Assembly: GCF_018977255.1 (NCBI RefSeq) | Contig: NW_024704747.1 | Location: forward strand, 16,678,001-16,742,000 | DNA: 64,000 nucleotides | Reading direction: 5' to 3' | From: Callorhinchus milii | Lineage: Eukaryota | Shown here: one piece after another, positions 49,938-61,700 of the stretch | How positions within the stretch are numbered: position 1 is the first letter of the stretch | Layout: every line of letters starts with the position of its first letter | Notes under the pieces: generated by a model | The model's input: only the letters and a program-made list of their open reading frames with translations | The model's database searches: none | Told to the model about the DNA's origin: nothing | Position numbers and translations under genes: made by a program

Positions 49938-50705
49938 AGCAGGCTCAGTTGGTAGCAGTCTCACCTCTGAGTAAGAAGATTGTGGATTCAAGCCCCACGT
50001 CGGGATTTTGAACTCAGTCTAGGCTGAGACTCCAGTGCAATGCTGAGGACACGCTACATTGTTGGAGGTGCCGTTGTTTGGATGAGATGTTAAACCGAGG
50101 TCCATCTGACTGTTTAGGTGGACGTCAAAGATCCCATTGACATCCTTCAAAAAGAGGAGGGAGTTTCTCTTGATGCCCTGGCCTACAATTCACCAGATAG
50201 AATTAGTAATTTCCTTCACGGCTGATTAGAGTCCTGTAGCATATTGATTAGACCACTCGCCTCGCAAGCAAGAGGACCTGGGTTTGATTCCCGGGCAGGG
50301 CGAAACGTTAGGCAAGTTTCCTTATTCCACGTGCCTCTGTTTATCTAGCTGTAAGTGGGAGCCCGGTTGTTAGTCGATTGGAGGATTGCTTTTCTGGGGG
50401 TAATAATCCCTTCAACAAAAATAAAAAATAATAAGTTGGTCACTCAATTCACAACTGTTTGTAGGACACTGCTGTGCGCAGTTGGCTGCTGCGTGCCACC
50501 CTCAAAAGTACGTAATAAATTCACTTTACAGTATATTCTGTGAAGTGCTTTGAGATGTTTCAAAGACATGATAAGGCACTGTATCAAATGCAAGGATTAT
50601 TAATATTATTGTGGGATATCACTGTGTGCAATTTGGCTGCCACATTCGCCCACAAGTACAAGGTCACTACACTCTACAGTAAAATCCTGTGAACCACTTT
50701 GAGAC
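49938..50705 (+). mobile_element. Deu-SINE with a nested full-length long-variant SINE (50229-50610)
   Basis: Host interrupted at CACGGCTGATTA and resumes at GTGGGATATCACTGTGTG; the insert begins GAGTCCTGTAGC. Confidence 0.8.
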
Positions 50706-50908
50706 TGGTCGACACGGTGAACTTACGATTCGGAAACGTTGACCATTTTTATTGCAAGGCCATTTATAAAGCAGGGTCTAATTTTTATGGACCCAAACCA
50801 CTCTGTTTTAATAGGATCTGACTGCATGTTGTATTACATACTGTTATTACTGTCTGATTTGAATGCAATCAGTCATTGAGCTCTGGTGTCATGTCTCCTT
50901 TTTTGCAG

Positions 50909-50988
50909 GAGATGCCAACAGGCAAGTCAGTGAATATAAATTTAAACTCGCAAAATCCGAACAGGAAATAATCGCTTTGGAACAAAAT
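50909..50988 (+). CDS. LRRFIP1: LRRFIP1 exon ((R)[26 protein letters not shown])
   Basis: Conserved RDANRQ.S..KFKL.KSEQE; tgcag/gtaagt; 80 bp. Confidence 0.96.
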
Positions 50989-51249
50989 GTAAGTTTGTGA
51001 CACTGCAAGGTGAAGTTTTATATCTGCGAGCTTCCTAGTTTAACTGCTGCCTGGTTTGCTGGCTACCATCTTAATGCTGCTTTTATATTACACATGAAGC
51101 AGTGAATTGCCCCAGGTTGTTGCAGCAATTTACCACCAGACACAGCCCAATGCAGATCACACTGGAGTCCTGCTCTTGGCACAACCTGGAGATGATTCAC
51201 AGAGCAGGCGATTTTCACAAATATACTTCACAGTATAGATGTGGCGCAT

Positions 51250-51460
51250 TAATCAGTGGCCATTGGGATTAGTGAATGAGCGTTGGGATTAATCAATAAA
51301 AAATTACATTAATCAATGATCATTGGGATTAGTCAAAGGGCATTAGGATTGGGTTGAGTCAGTGAGTGTTCAGATTTGGTTACATCAATGAGAATTGGGT
51401 TGGGTCAGTGGAATTGGGGATACGATTGGGTCAGTAGATATTGGCATTGAGTTAATCAGC
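51250..51460. repeat. degenerate ~20-bp tandem repeat (ATTGGG-TTAGTCAGTG-like)
   Basis: Recurrent CATTGGGATTAGT/TGGGTCAGT units. Confidence 0.55.
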
Positions 51461-51564
51461 CTTGTCCCCTGTAACTACTATCATGTAAGATTTACAGTTC
51501 ACTATATGTGATCACATTGTTTCTCTAATGTTTCTTTGGTGTGGGGGAAATTGTGATATTTCAG

Positions 51565-51669
51565 ATAATTCGTCTTGAAAGTCAAGTGTTGCGCTACAAA
51601 GGTTCCGCAGAAAATGCAGAGAAAGTGGAAGATGATCTCAAGGCAGAAAAACGGAAACTCCAAAGAGAG
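51565..51669 (+). CDS. LRRFIP1: LRRFIP1 exon (IIRLESQVLRYKGSAENAEKVEDDLKAEKRKLQRE)
   Basis: Highly conserved; ttcag/gtaact; 105 bp. Confidence 0.97.
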
Positions 51670-52434
51670 GTAACTCTAATAATATATACAGTAATATCAC
51701 TGAGATTGGTGGACTTTCATTTTCAGTATATTCCTGTGCACATTCCAACGTGGTTTGACCAGCCGCCAAGTTGGAATCTGGTGTCTGAACGGCTTAATTA
51801 TTACTCACTGAAGAAGTGAAACGATGCTTTAAAAAAAGGCAAAGTATAGATCACACAGTGGTAACGTTCTGTGGGAGTATTCCAGCAAAATACCTACAAA
51901 ATACATAGTCGCTGTACTTTACAGTAAGTCTTCTGCAGCACTTTGAGATGTCCTCCCAACATGACAAGTGCTACATCAAATGTATGGATTATTAATACCT
52001 CCTTGAGTAACCCCCTCTCTCCTACAGTCTACAGCTGGTTATCACTTGCCCATCTCTTAATGCAGCTCCACATTATACTCTTTTCTGTGTGAGAGGTGCA
52101 CAGCGTAAAAATGGCACACAAGAAATTGAATATTTAAAAAAAAGACTCTTGACGCGCCTCTAGAAGTCCGCTTTGCTTCAGTTTGACCAGAATTCAGGAG
52201 ACCAGAGACTTGTGGCTCAATCTGTTAGCTTGTGAAAAAAAAGGCCCTAATAATCTTAAAAATCCTTAATTGGACCCTAATGGGTGTCTTTGGTTCCTTT
52301 AAGTCTCCTGCCCTCACCAGTCGCTTTCCCTGAATATTTTGTGCTTGCTGCTTCAGAAGTGTTCATCATGTGTATGCACATCCATGCAGACAAATACACA
52401 CATATGTGACTCTGGACTGCTTGTATCATGACAG

Positions 52435-52545
52435 GTACGTTCGGCACTGGATAAAATCGAAGAGCTGGAAATGAGCAACAGTCATCTGGTAAAGAGACTG
52501 GAGAAGAAGAAAGCCAACAGGAGTGCCCTGCTTTCTCAGCAGTAG
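52435..52545 (+). CDS. LRRFIP1: LRRFIP1 terminal coding exon ([36 protein letters not shown])
   Basis: Human [36 protein letters not shown]; gacag acceptor, TAG at 52543-52545. Confidence 0.96.
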   Translation, partial: VRSALDKIEELEMSNSHLVKRLEKKKANRSALLSQQ

Positions 52546-54528
52546 CAGATTACTTCGACAATCCATGGCGCCCGTTGGATGCCTGCAGTGTAAACCTTAT
52601 AAAAGTTTCCACGAGACACTTCCCTGTACCACACACACACACATATGCACACCGCTGATGAGAAAAAACACATAAAATGGAGAAAAAACCACATAAAACG
52701 GAAAAAAGCACGCACGTTTTCCGACTAGCCACTTTTCACTCTTGTTTCTGAGACAGTTTCAAGTCGGGACCTCTGCCGGAGAGCATTTAGTCTAGGTGAT
52801 TTAGCTTAACTTTTAACAGGAAGTTCTCTCCTAAGCAGAGCACTGCTTTTTTTTGTTGTTTTAAATGTAGGTTAGCCGTTGTGCAGAGAGCACCGATTCA
52901 CTGCATCAAGTTACCGATTTTAAGCAGCAGTCTCTGAAGTCACTCCGAGCATATTATATTTATTTGTGGTGCAGGAAGGCTGGTCTGGTCTCGACAGGTA
53001 GAGGGATTGGGAGAGACCGTGCGTTTTGAACCCATCGATAATGTGGGTTGTGTCGTTGCTCTCCCCATAGTGTCCATATCTATTTTATATTCTTGCCACA
53101 TTTTGCCAAAGTTGTTTGGCTGGAAACCACAACTGATGTTTTTTGCTTCCGAAAGAATTTATTGGGATGCCTGAATCTCTTTGGAGAATCGGAACATTGA
53201 ATCGCATGAAATCTCCTGCCATCCAGATCGCCAGCGACTGGCTGCTCAGCGTGATGTCCCTTCCAACACTCGCGACACAATGACAGTGTTGAAGTCTATT
53301 TTAAAATGCTGCAATAATTGAGGATTGACTCAAAATTTAAAACATTGCTTTGAGCTTATTTATACAGGGGATTAGCAAATCGTTTCAGCTATTAAAATGA
53401 AAACCTACTTTGAGTGATGTTGTACAGACTAGGGTGGGGTGGTGTGGGTGGGAGGGTGCAAAGAGGGGGAGTGAGAGAGAATGCTGCTTCAAACTGTATT
53501 TTATATGGAAGGAAGAGTCGAGTAGTTTAAAAGAGTTTGCTCTTAACCTGTGAGAAACCTGTGGCAGAGGTGTGCTCCAGCAAATGATTGTGTTTCCACT
53601 ACAATGCACAATAGTAGGTGGTTGTCCTTGGGTTGGGGTAGGTAGAGGGATCTTAAGAAAGTAATGAAATTCAGGCTTTCACCAAAAAGATCTGATCATG
53701 TGCCATCCGCTAGGATTTGGGCTTGAGTTTAACTGGCATCACTACAAGGAATACATGGGAGGGGGGAATGGGGATACCAGGAGGGTACATGATGGGAGGA
53801 GGGGGCTGTTCGCTCTGGGATGCAGTGCCTGGCAGCAAGGCCCATTTCAGTGTTCGTTTCATTTGCCGGTTTACTTGACCTTAACCCGCTGAAGATTAAG
53901 TGCCATCAGCAGTACACTAGTTCACGAGGTAATATTTTCCAACCCCCTGGTAGAATGTCTCTGGTGACATTGCTGATCTTATCTACAAATCTTTGACTGA
54001 GCTAGAGATACAAATGCAACCAGACTTCTTGGTCTGAATACACGATCGGAAAGGTGAAAGTGTGTTCAAGTCAAGGTTGGGGTGGGGGGGGGTAAGGGCA
54101 CAATATTTTTTGATGCATTGAAAGTGAACAGGACTGCTCGTTCAATTTTAAAAAAATGAAGTTTTTTCCATAATGGAAAATGACAGCAGTAACGTTAAAA
54201 TGTTAAATAAAACAGGTCTTTGGAATGATTTAATATATGTACATACTGTAGCTTTTAAAGAAAGAATTACTTTTTTCACGCGTGTACGTGGCGGGTGTTC
54301 ACTCATGAACAGATTGCAGATCAGGCGACTTGCTGTTTGTTTTCCTTCTACAAGCATGTTAAGCTTTCAGCTTTAGGAAGAAGAGTTGACGGAGTTATTT
54401 CCTGTTTGGGTATTTCACTGGTTCATTGGATTTTTTTTAAGAATGAAGAGATTCCAGGGTGTGATCTGTTAAGTAACGGTTACTGCACACCACTGCTGTA
54501 TTAATGGTGCCACTACATTCTCAAAGGT

Positions 54529-54534
54529 AATAAA
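54529..54534 (+). terminator. candidate distal poly(A) signal of LRRFIP1
   Basis: AATAAA followed by a T/GT-rich tract (CTTTCTTTGTGTGATTT); another AATAAA at 54206. Confidence 0.55.
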
Positions 54535-55478
54535 GCCTTTTAGAGAGACTTTCTTTGTGTGATTTATATTCTTTGTCATTCTTGGATGCTGGTCTGAGGT
54601 GAAAGTGCAAGGTGCAGCCCTTGGGCAAATTATAATAATACTTTTTTTAATATAGGCCCATGTCTTCATAAAAAAGCACACTCAAGCATGTGTTATATCT
54701 TATAATTTGGGCTGTAACTTTGATTTGATTTTTGGAAGATTGTGGGTTAGTCATGATAGACATATCCAAGTTATAAACAAGTTACAAGTGGGGTGGTGGC
54801 GGGGCCACTACATTGCCAGAGATGCTGTCCTGCGAATTAGACATTGACATTCTGTATGCTTCAATTCCCCAATCTGATTCATTGCTAAAACTACTTTCCT
54901 GTTTATGCCCTCATCTTACACATTCCCTGCCATACCCCTCTATGCTATTGCCCCCTCAAGGTTAGTCTTTTCCAAAGCTTATTGTGGGTTTCCCTAGCTC
55001 CACCCTCCAACTCATCCAAGCCTTTGCAGGCCATGTTCCTATCCTTGTCAAGGTCCATTGGCTTCCAGATTGATTTCAAGTATATTGGCCTTCAAATCGC
55101 TTCACAAGCTCAGCTCTCTCACCCCACGCCATTACCTAAATCTTTTGAAACCCTGTTCTCCTACGAGTACTTGATGCTCTTCTGCTTCTGGTCTATTGCT
55201 GGCTTCTCACTCCTTCAGCACCACCATCTGTGGCTGAGTATTCAACCTCCAGCAACCTTATAAATCAGTCTTCATGTAGAGGAACATATCTGAGTCAGAA
55301 GGTGGTAAGTTCAAACTCCACATCACGGCTTTGAGCTCAGTCTAGGTTGACACTCCAGTTGAGTGCTGAGGAAAGCGCTACGTTGTCGGACATGCTGCCC
55401 TTCGGATGAGATGTTCGAACGGGTGTTAAATTAGATCCCATCATCACAGGCAAAAAGAAGTGCAGGGACACGGGAGAT

Positions 55479-55900
55479 TTCAAGATCCTCATCCTCACCT
55501 ACAAGGCCATTCACGGCCTCGCTCTCTCTGACCTACTCTCCCCCTACTTACCTGCCCGTACCCTCCGTTCCTCTGGCTCCGGTCTGCTCCACATCCCCCG
55601 CCCCAACCGCCCTACCATCGGTGGTCGGGCCTTCAGCCTCTCAGCCCCGAGGCTCTGGAACTCTATCCCCCAGTGCCTTCGCCGCCTCCTCCCTTTCCTC
55701 CTTCAAGACCTTTCTCTTTGACCGAGCCTTCGGCTCCCCTCTCGACTCTCTACCCCCTCCTCGCTCCCTCCCTTCCCTCCCCTCCGCCCGGACCGTTTCC
55801 ACCCAATGCTCGGGTCCTGACCCAACTGTACAGCGCCTTCGGACGTCCTCCCGACGTGAAAGGCGCTCTATAAATGGAATTTTGTTGTTGTTGTTGTTAT
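55479..55900 (+). mobile_element. L2 LINE 3' fragment
   Basis: KILILTYKAIHGLA...PARTLRSS...GGRAFSLSAPRLWNSIP; tail AGCGCCTTCGGACG...GGCGCTCTATAAAT(TTG)n. Confidence 0.88.
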
Positions 55901-56049
55901 TGAGAAGCGCCCATCTCTTCAAATTAGTGCAGGCAGACGACACGGGGCCTCGGTTTAATAACGTCTCATCTGAAGGACAACACCTCCGATGTCACAAGTG
56001 CTCGAGCACTGCATTGGAGCGCGATCTCAGACCGTGAGATCAAGTCCCA

Positions 56050-56620
56050 GTGCAGCGCGAGGAACTCCCAAACTTCTGACTCAAGAGACCCAACACTGCC
56101 CTGGAGCGAGGCTGACCTGGTGCACGTGGAGAGGAGCACGTGGTGCTTCTGCCGCCCCAGACCCGCCCACTCACGGGGGCTCGTGACGCGCTTATGAGTG
56201 ACACCTCCGACCAAGCAGCATTGGCCGAGGTAAGTGGGGAGGGCGGGGCGTACCTGTGCCTGAGCCAATGAGGGTTGGCGAGTTGGGTCCCGCCCTCGCC
56301 TCGCCTCGCCCCGGGATCAGTCTGACTTCCGGCGGCGTGGCGGGCGGGTCTTCGCGCTCGAGGCGGCGGCGGAGCGACGCGACGCGAGGGCTCCAGGGGA
56401 TTGACGGTTACACAGCGGCTGTCGTGGAGGGCCGGGGACGGGGCCCATCAGCCCCCGCTTAGCGAGGAGGGATACTCCCGGTAAACTGTGAGGTTAACGG
56501 GGGGAGGATTGGAGGCAGACTCAGAGCAGGTTTGGGACACACGAGGGGCTGGTGAGGTTTGTAAGGAAAATGGCTGCCCTCAGTTTGACATAGCTTTGGG
56601 TGCCGGGCCCCCTGGGGAGG
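56050..56620 (+). promoter_or_regulatory. CpG-island promoter and probable non-coding first exon of RBM44
   Basis: High GC/CpG; GC box GGGCGGGG 56241, CCAAT 56265 (inverted ATTGG 56220), ETS site ACTTCCGG 56325-56332; donor CCG|GTAAAC at 56480 (also GAG|GTAAGT at 56229). Confidence 0.8.
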
Positions 56621-57674
56621 GCGCGGCAGAGGAGAAACCTCTGTAAATTTGCATTCAGATTACTAACCAACAGCCACAGCAACCTGGTTGTTAGTCGACT
56701 GGAGGAGCGCTTTTCTGGGGTAATAATTCCCCCCCCAAAAAATAATAATAATAATAAATTGGACACCCAATCCACGACTGTTTGTGGGAAACTGCTGTGT
56801 CCACTGCTTGGCTGCTGCGTTTCGCCCACAAGTTGTACAGTCAATTCACTTTACAGCATATTCCGTGAAGTGCTTTGAGACGTCTCAATGATGTGATAAG
56901 GTGTCATAATCAAATCAAGTATTATTATTATTGCCGATGCTTCACAGAAACGGGTTGTTCGACCGAACCTAACCTGTCTGAGCGTGGCAGCAAACTAGCA
57001 AATTGGCACATGGCAGCCCTTCATCAAAGGCTGTGAAGGGAACTTGTCTATCCGGGGGATTGTTGGCCAGGACACCGAGAGATATTTCCTTCTGTTTGCA
57101 AATCAGATAACGGGATCTTTAACACCCACCTAAACAAGCAAAGGGGACATTGGTTTGAAGCCTGATCTAATGGAATATCAACCTGGACTCTGTAAGCAAA
57201 GTCCTCGCATGGGACTTAAACACACAACATTCTGATTCAGAAACAAAAGTGTTACTAACTGAGCCAAGCTGACATGCTTTCAGAATGAATCTTTCTACTT
57301 TTTGTATAAATTGGACAAAGTCTCAGCATATAGCTATCAGTCTGTCTCTCGCCTCCGAGTCAGAAAGTTGTGGGTTCAACCCCTGCGTTAGGACTTTAAC
57401 TCTCCAGTGCAGTGCTGGAGGTGTGCCACATTGACGGAGCTGTCCTTCAGATGAGAGTTAAACTGAAGTTCTGTCTGCCTGTTCAGGTGGACGTTCAAGA
57501 ATCCATGGCACTATTTTGAAATTGAATGAAGTTTCTCTTGTGTGTTTTTAAATTATTAATCGTAAATTTTTGTATCCATCCCTAAAATGTTAACATTTTA
57601 ATTTCACAATGGAACTATTTCTAGCACTCAGCAGAATATAGTCTGAACCCTCAGAAGATTTACAGAAATTTGGA

Positions 57675-57694
57675 ATGTCTTCAGAACTCAACCA
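57675..57694 (+). CDS. RBM44: possible first coding part of RBM44 (MSSELN+CA) in an exon at ~57625-57694
   Basis: ttctag acceptor; CA|GTAGGT donor in phase 2 joins in frame to 58193 (MSSELNQSRMPTFY...). Confidence 0.4.
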
Positions 57695-58192
57695 GTAGGT
57701 ATATTCTGTGTAAAATAGCAGTAGTTATGGGAATTGGGACTATTTGTTTAAGAAGAACCTTGATAAAGAGGTTGCCTTATGAGGGCAGACACCTCTGACT
57801 TCAGGACTGCAAATGCCTAACTAGCATTTGTTATTCTTAAAAGTTAATAAGAGTAATCCATTCACCTTCTGTTTTGACTAAAATACACAGACTAGAAGAG
57901 CCACCAGAAGTTGGTGACCTTTTCCTTTTTCAGAAGTGTCTTGCCTAAAGTGGTTGTTCAAACCAAAGATCCCAGGTCACATCGGGCTAGAATTAATTAA
58001 TATTTTGATCTGATTAATATGCCTTCATCTCTGAGGGTTCTCTGAACTTAGTCAAAGCTAGTAATCTGGTCTGACTTCCCATTGCAATTTTTTCTATGTT
58101 GGAGAGAAGTTTTTTTTGTAGCTTTTCATGATAATGAGAGAACTGGTAAAGTTTGATAGCTCTATGTGTTTGTTTATCTTATTTCTACCTAG

Positions 58193-58323
58193 ATCAAGAA
58201 TGCCTACATTTTACTGTATTTGGCCTTGTGACAAGTGTGATTACTGCAACACTTTAGGTGTGCGGAAATGTAGGAATTGTGGTGAGCCATTGAAAGGGGC
58301 AGAGCAGCCTATGTATCTGGAAG
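58193..58323 (+). CDS. RBM44: RBM44 5' exon encoding a RanBP2-type zinc finger (MPTFYCIWPCDKCDYCNTLGVRKCRNCGEP...)
   Basis: Polypyrimidine tract plus cctag; ATG 58200; GAAG|GTAGGT phase-1 donor compatible with the 59938 acceptor; W-x-C-x2-C-x3-N-x6-C-x2-C. Confidence 0.75.
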
Positions 58324-58904
58324 GTAGGTGCGCTGAAATAACTGTCCTTGTAGAATCTAAAAGAAAGTCTTCAATTAACCAACTGTATTTTCATAGTGTC
58401 AACTCTCCTTTTTTCAGCCCATCCATTTTTTTATGTATCTCGAGATGTGGGCGACACTGGCAGGGCCACCATTTATTGTGTCTCCTTGGTATTCTGTTCA
58501 GTATTGATACTACCCTAAATGAATATGCCCTAATGCCACCTACCTTACTTATAACTAACTCCTTTTGCTTTCTGTTAATGATTATTAAGTGCTGGCCATA
58601 ATTATTTTACTTGCCTCATTGTGGCTTGTGGGTTTTTAAGTCAATGAAGGGAGCCTGGTGCTCATTTTGTCACATTTTGCCCCCGCTTGCAGAAAGCCAG
58701 TCAGCTGCTCCCACAAAGAACAGAATGGACTTACTTGTGCAAGTACGTTCGGTTGTGGATCAAGAGGTCGGCAAAATTCCATTATTGCAAAAATGGATAA
58801 CAAGATTTTCATGCTTTGAAATTGCAACATGTCAGGGTGCCTTATAGGCGAGACAAAGCTGTATTGAAGTGTGATAACAGTTTCCCTGTGTGGAAAACAT
58901 AGTG

Positions 58905-59205
58905 ATCGCTCGGGGCTCCGGCCTGCTTCATGTCCCCTGCCTTACCCGCCCCACCATTAGCAAGCGGGCCTTCAGCCTCTCTACCCCACCCTCTGGAAAT
59001 CCATCCTGCAATCTCTCTGCCTCGCTTCCTTCAAGACCCTCCTCTTCGACCATGCTTTTCAGTCGCCCTCCTACCCCTACCCGCTCTGCCCTCCACCACT
59101 CCTGATCCCAACCACCAACTTGGGTGCAGATGCCTGACTGTCCAGCACCTCGAAACGTCCTCCTGACGTGAAAGGTGCTATACAAATGTAATTTATTTTT
59201 GTTGT
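58905..59205 (+). mobile_element. L2 LINE 3' fragment
   Basis: GLLHVPCLTRPTISKRAFSLS followed by an L2 tail. Confidence 0.8.
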
Positions 59206-59360
59206 TGGATGGTTATATCATTCCCAGGTAATTCTTTTAAACTAGATGTCATCAGGATATTCATGTTTTAACAAAAATATTCAAAAGCTTACCAGGAAAT
59301 AAGAGAGAAAAAGAAGCTTTAAATGTTAAACATAATCATTTGTAACTCATTTTTAAATGG

Positions 59361-59673
59361 TAATAATAATAATAATCCTTGCATTTGATATAGCGCTTTT
59401 CACGTCTTCTATAAGTCTCAAAGTGCTTCACAGAATATACTGTAAAGTGAATTGACCATATATTTGTGGGCGAAATGCGGCAGCCAATTGCGCACAGCAG
59501 TGTCCCACAAACAGTCGTGGATTGAAAATGACCAATTTATTATTGTTTTTTTGGAGGGATTATTATTAGGCGTGTGGAGTGAGGAAACCTGCCCAAGGTT
59601 TCACCCTGCCTGGAATTGAACCCAGGTGTCTTGCTTGCAAGGCGAGTGCTCTAACCATTGAGCTACAGGACTC
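59361..59673 (-). mobile_element. full-length short-variant tRNA-SINE
   Basis: Very similar to 14151-14451; head GAGTCCTGTAGCTCA, (ATT)n tail. Confidence 0.85.
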
Positions 59674-59937
59674 AATTGCAATCAGATAAAGCTCTTTTGA
59701 CAAACTATACTGCTGTCCTCACAATCCTCTCACATAATTTGTTTCTTTGGAAGCACTTTGTTAAGTAAGTTCAGTGCTTAATATCACGTTATCCCATAAA
59801 TAATGAATAAAACAAAAACTAACGAGAGAAGTTTAGTGCAGGCCAAGCCCTGAACAGATTTTGAAGTTGAGTAGAAATGGGATTGTAGAATGTAAACATT
59901 TTATTTATTACACTAAAAAGTCTTGTGAATTTCCTAG

Positions 59938-61700
59938 ATAAGAATATGCTTGAAGCACACAACCAGAGAATCCTTACTTCTTGTCCAAAAGCAGCAAAAG
60001 GTCTCCTGTGCTTCACAACAACTAGAACTCCTTGTACTGTGAACCAGCTGATGGGTGGAGAGGGTGACTGTGCAAAATCCACCAAACAACTGTTTGACTA
60101 TGAAGACAGCATAAGCTCCCTTGATACAGGGTCCAAGATTCAGTTTAGCGAAGAAATCGTAAAGGCAAGCCTCGAGCTTTCAAAATCTTTGGACTCTGTT
60201 TATGAAGCAAATCAAGATGTGAAAGGAAATAGCACGTTTTCAGACCTTGAGCAAGGAAAATGTCTTGAAGTGGGGTTAGCAATGGAAATCTCACAAGAAA
60301 TGAATTTGTCCTTGGACACAGAGTTTGACATGTACAGAAAGCTGCATGTAATGTCACTAAAGCAGGCAGTTGGCAATGGCTGTTTTCAGGAGTGTAAAGG
60401 AGAACGTTTGCAACAGTACTTTCCAAAATGTAATGTTTCTGAGTCACTAGATGGTTTAGATCAGGAAACACTTCCTGATTATTGCAGCATGGACAGCACT
60501 GAAAATTACATTCGGTTCGATGACGACAATAATTTGCGGCATGAACAGATTTGCACTGAAATGCAAAATCCAACACCATTCTCTGACTTTCAGAATCCTG
60601 CAAATTTGAACTGTTATTCAGACTATCCTATTCGGGTCGAAGAAATAGATGAAGCCTCTTTTTTTTCTGCTGTCACTTCAGCGCAGAAATCATTTGTAAA
60701 TGAGGACAGTGCTTTTTCTATTCCTGCAGAAAGATCATCTGTAGAACCCTTTGTAGCCTGTAAATCATCAGGAAGCCCAGAGGTTGATGTTGAAAATAAT
60801 GTGATCGATCATTGCAGGACTGACCTCGATAAATCAATTGACATTCAGACTGAGCTCTTATTACCAGATTGCACTACTCCAAGTCAACATTATATTCCTT
60901 GTCAAATAGAGGAATTTGCTAATGACCACTTTGACGGTGCGACACCAACAAATGCTGAATTAAATGTAAGAGCTGACATTTTCGTCCCTAGCACATTTTC
61001 AAAAGCTGAGAATTGCATACAAAGTGAAAATGACTCAAAACAAAGCAACAGTTGGGCACAATATAGTATATTGTCTACGTATGGAACTATAGATGACTCC
61101 TGTGAATCCGCTGTACTTGACACTGAGGTCTCAAGAGATGCAGATCAGCTGAAATTATTTGAAGACTCATTTGTGTCAGCTGCTGGTGATAGCATAGTCT
61201 TCGGTTCAGAACTCAACTGTGATGCAACTAGCCACATGAATGACCTCTGTATACCATTAACTATGACTGGAGGCAATAATAAATCTGTCAATTGTGAATA
61301 CCAGACATCAGAATTTATAACTGGAGATGGCACTTTAACTGAAGAAATTTCTGTTGGCACCAAAGTGAAACATGCTTACTGTTCCAGCACAGATATTATC
61401 AAAATAGACCAGGGTATTGATGCCTGTACTGACTTTCGAGTTAATTTTACCATAGACAAAGCCACTATGGCCAAGAGTTCTGTAATTAACAAAGCTGAGA
61501 ACACAGATATAACTTTGATGAGCAAAAATAGACCAACTCTAGGTCAAAGTGGAACATGCAGGAGTGTTGCTTGTAACACTAAGTGGTCTACTATTGCATT
61601 TTCTGCGAAAGCACAAAATACCCAGACAACTGAGATTGGTACAGAGGAGAAATGCACCAATACTATCTTGCAGACAACTGATTTAAATTCATACTTAAAG
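59938..61700 (+). CDS. RBM44: RBM44 large exon
   Basis: 1763-bp open exon (ttcctag / AAG|GTACAG); IDQGIDACTDFRVNFT...ENTDITLMSKNRP...RSVACNTKWS matches RBM44 (human INQTVDVSTDFRACFT...NTEITMMNKKRP...KSVACSTDWS); synteny with LRRFIP1. Confidence 0.9.

Noticed and set aside
15406-52545. Assignment as LRRFIP2
   Set aside because: The EREKHAHS exon, the acidic CaaX terminal exon and the RBM44 neighbour indicate LRRFIP1
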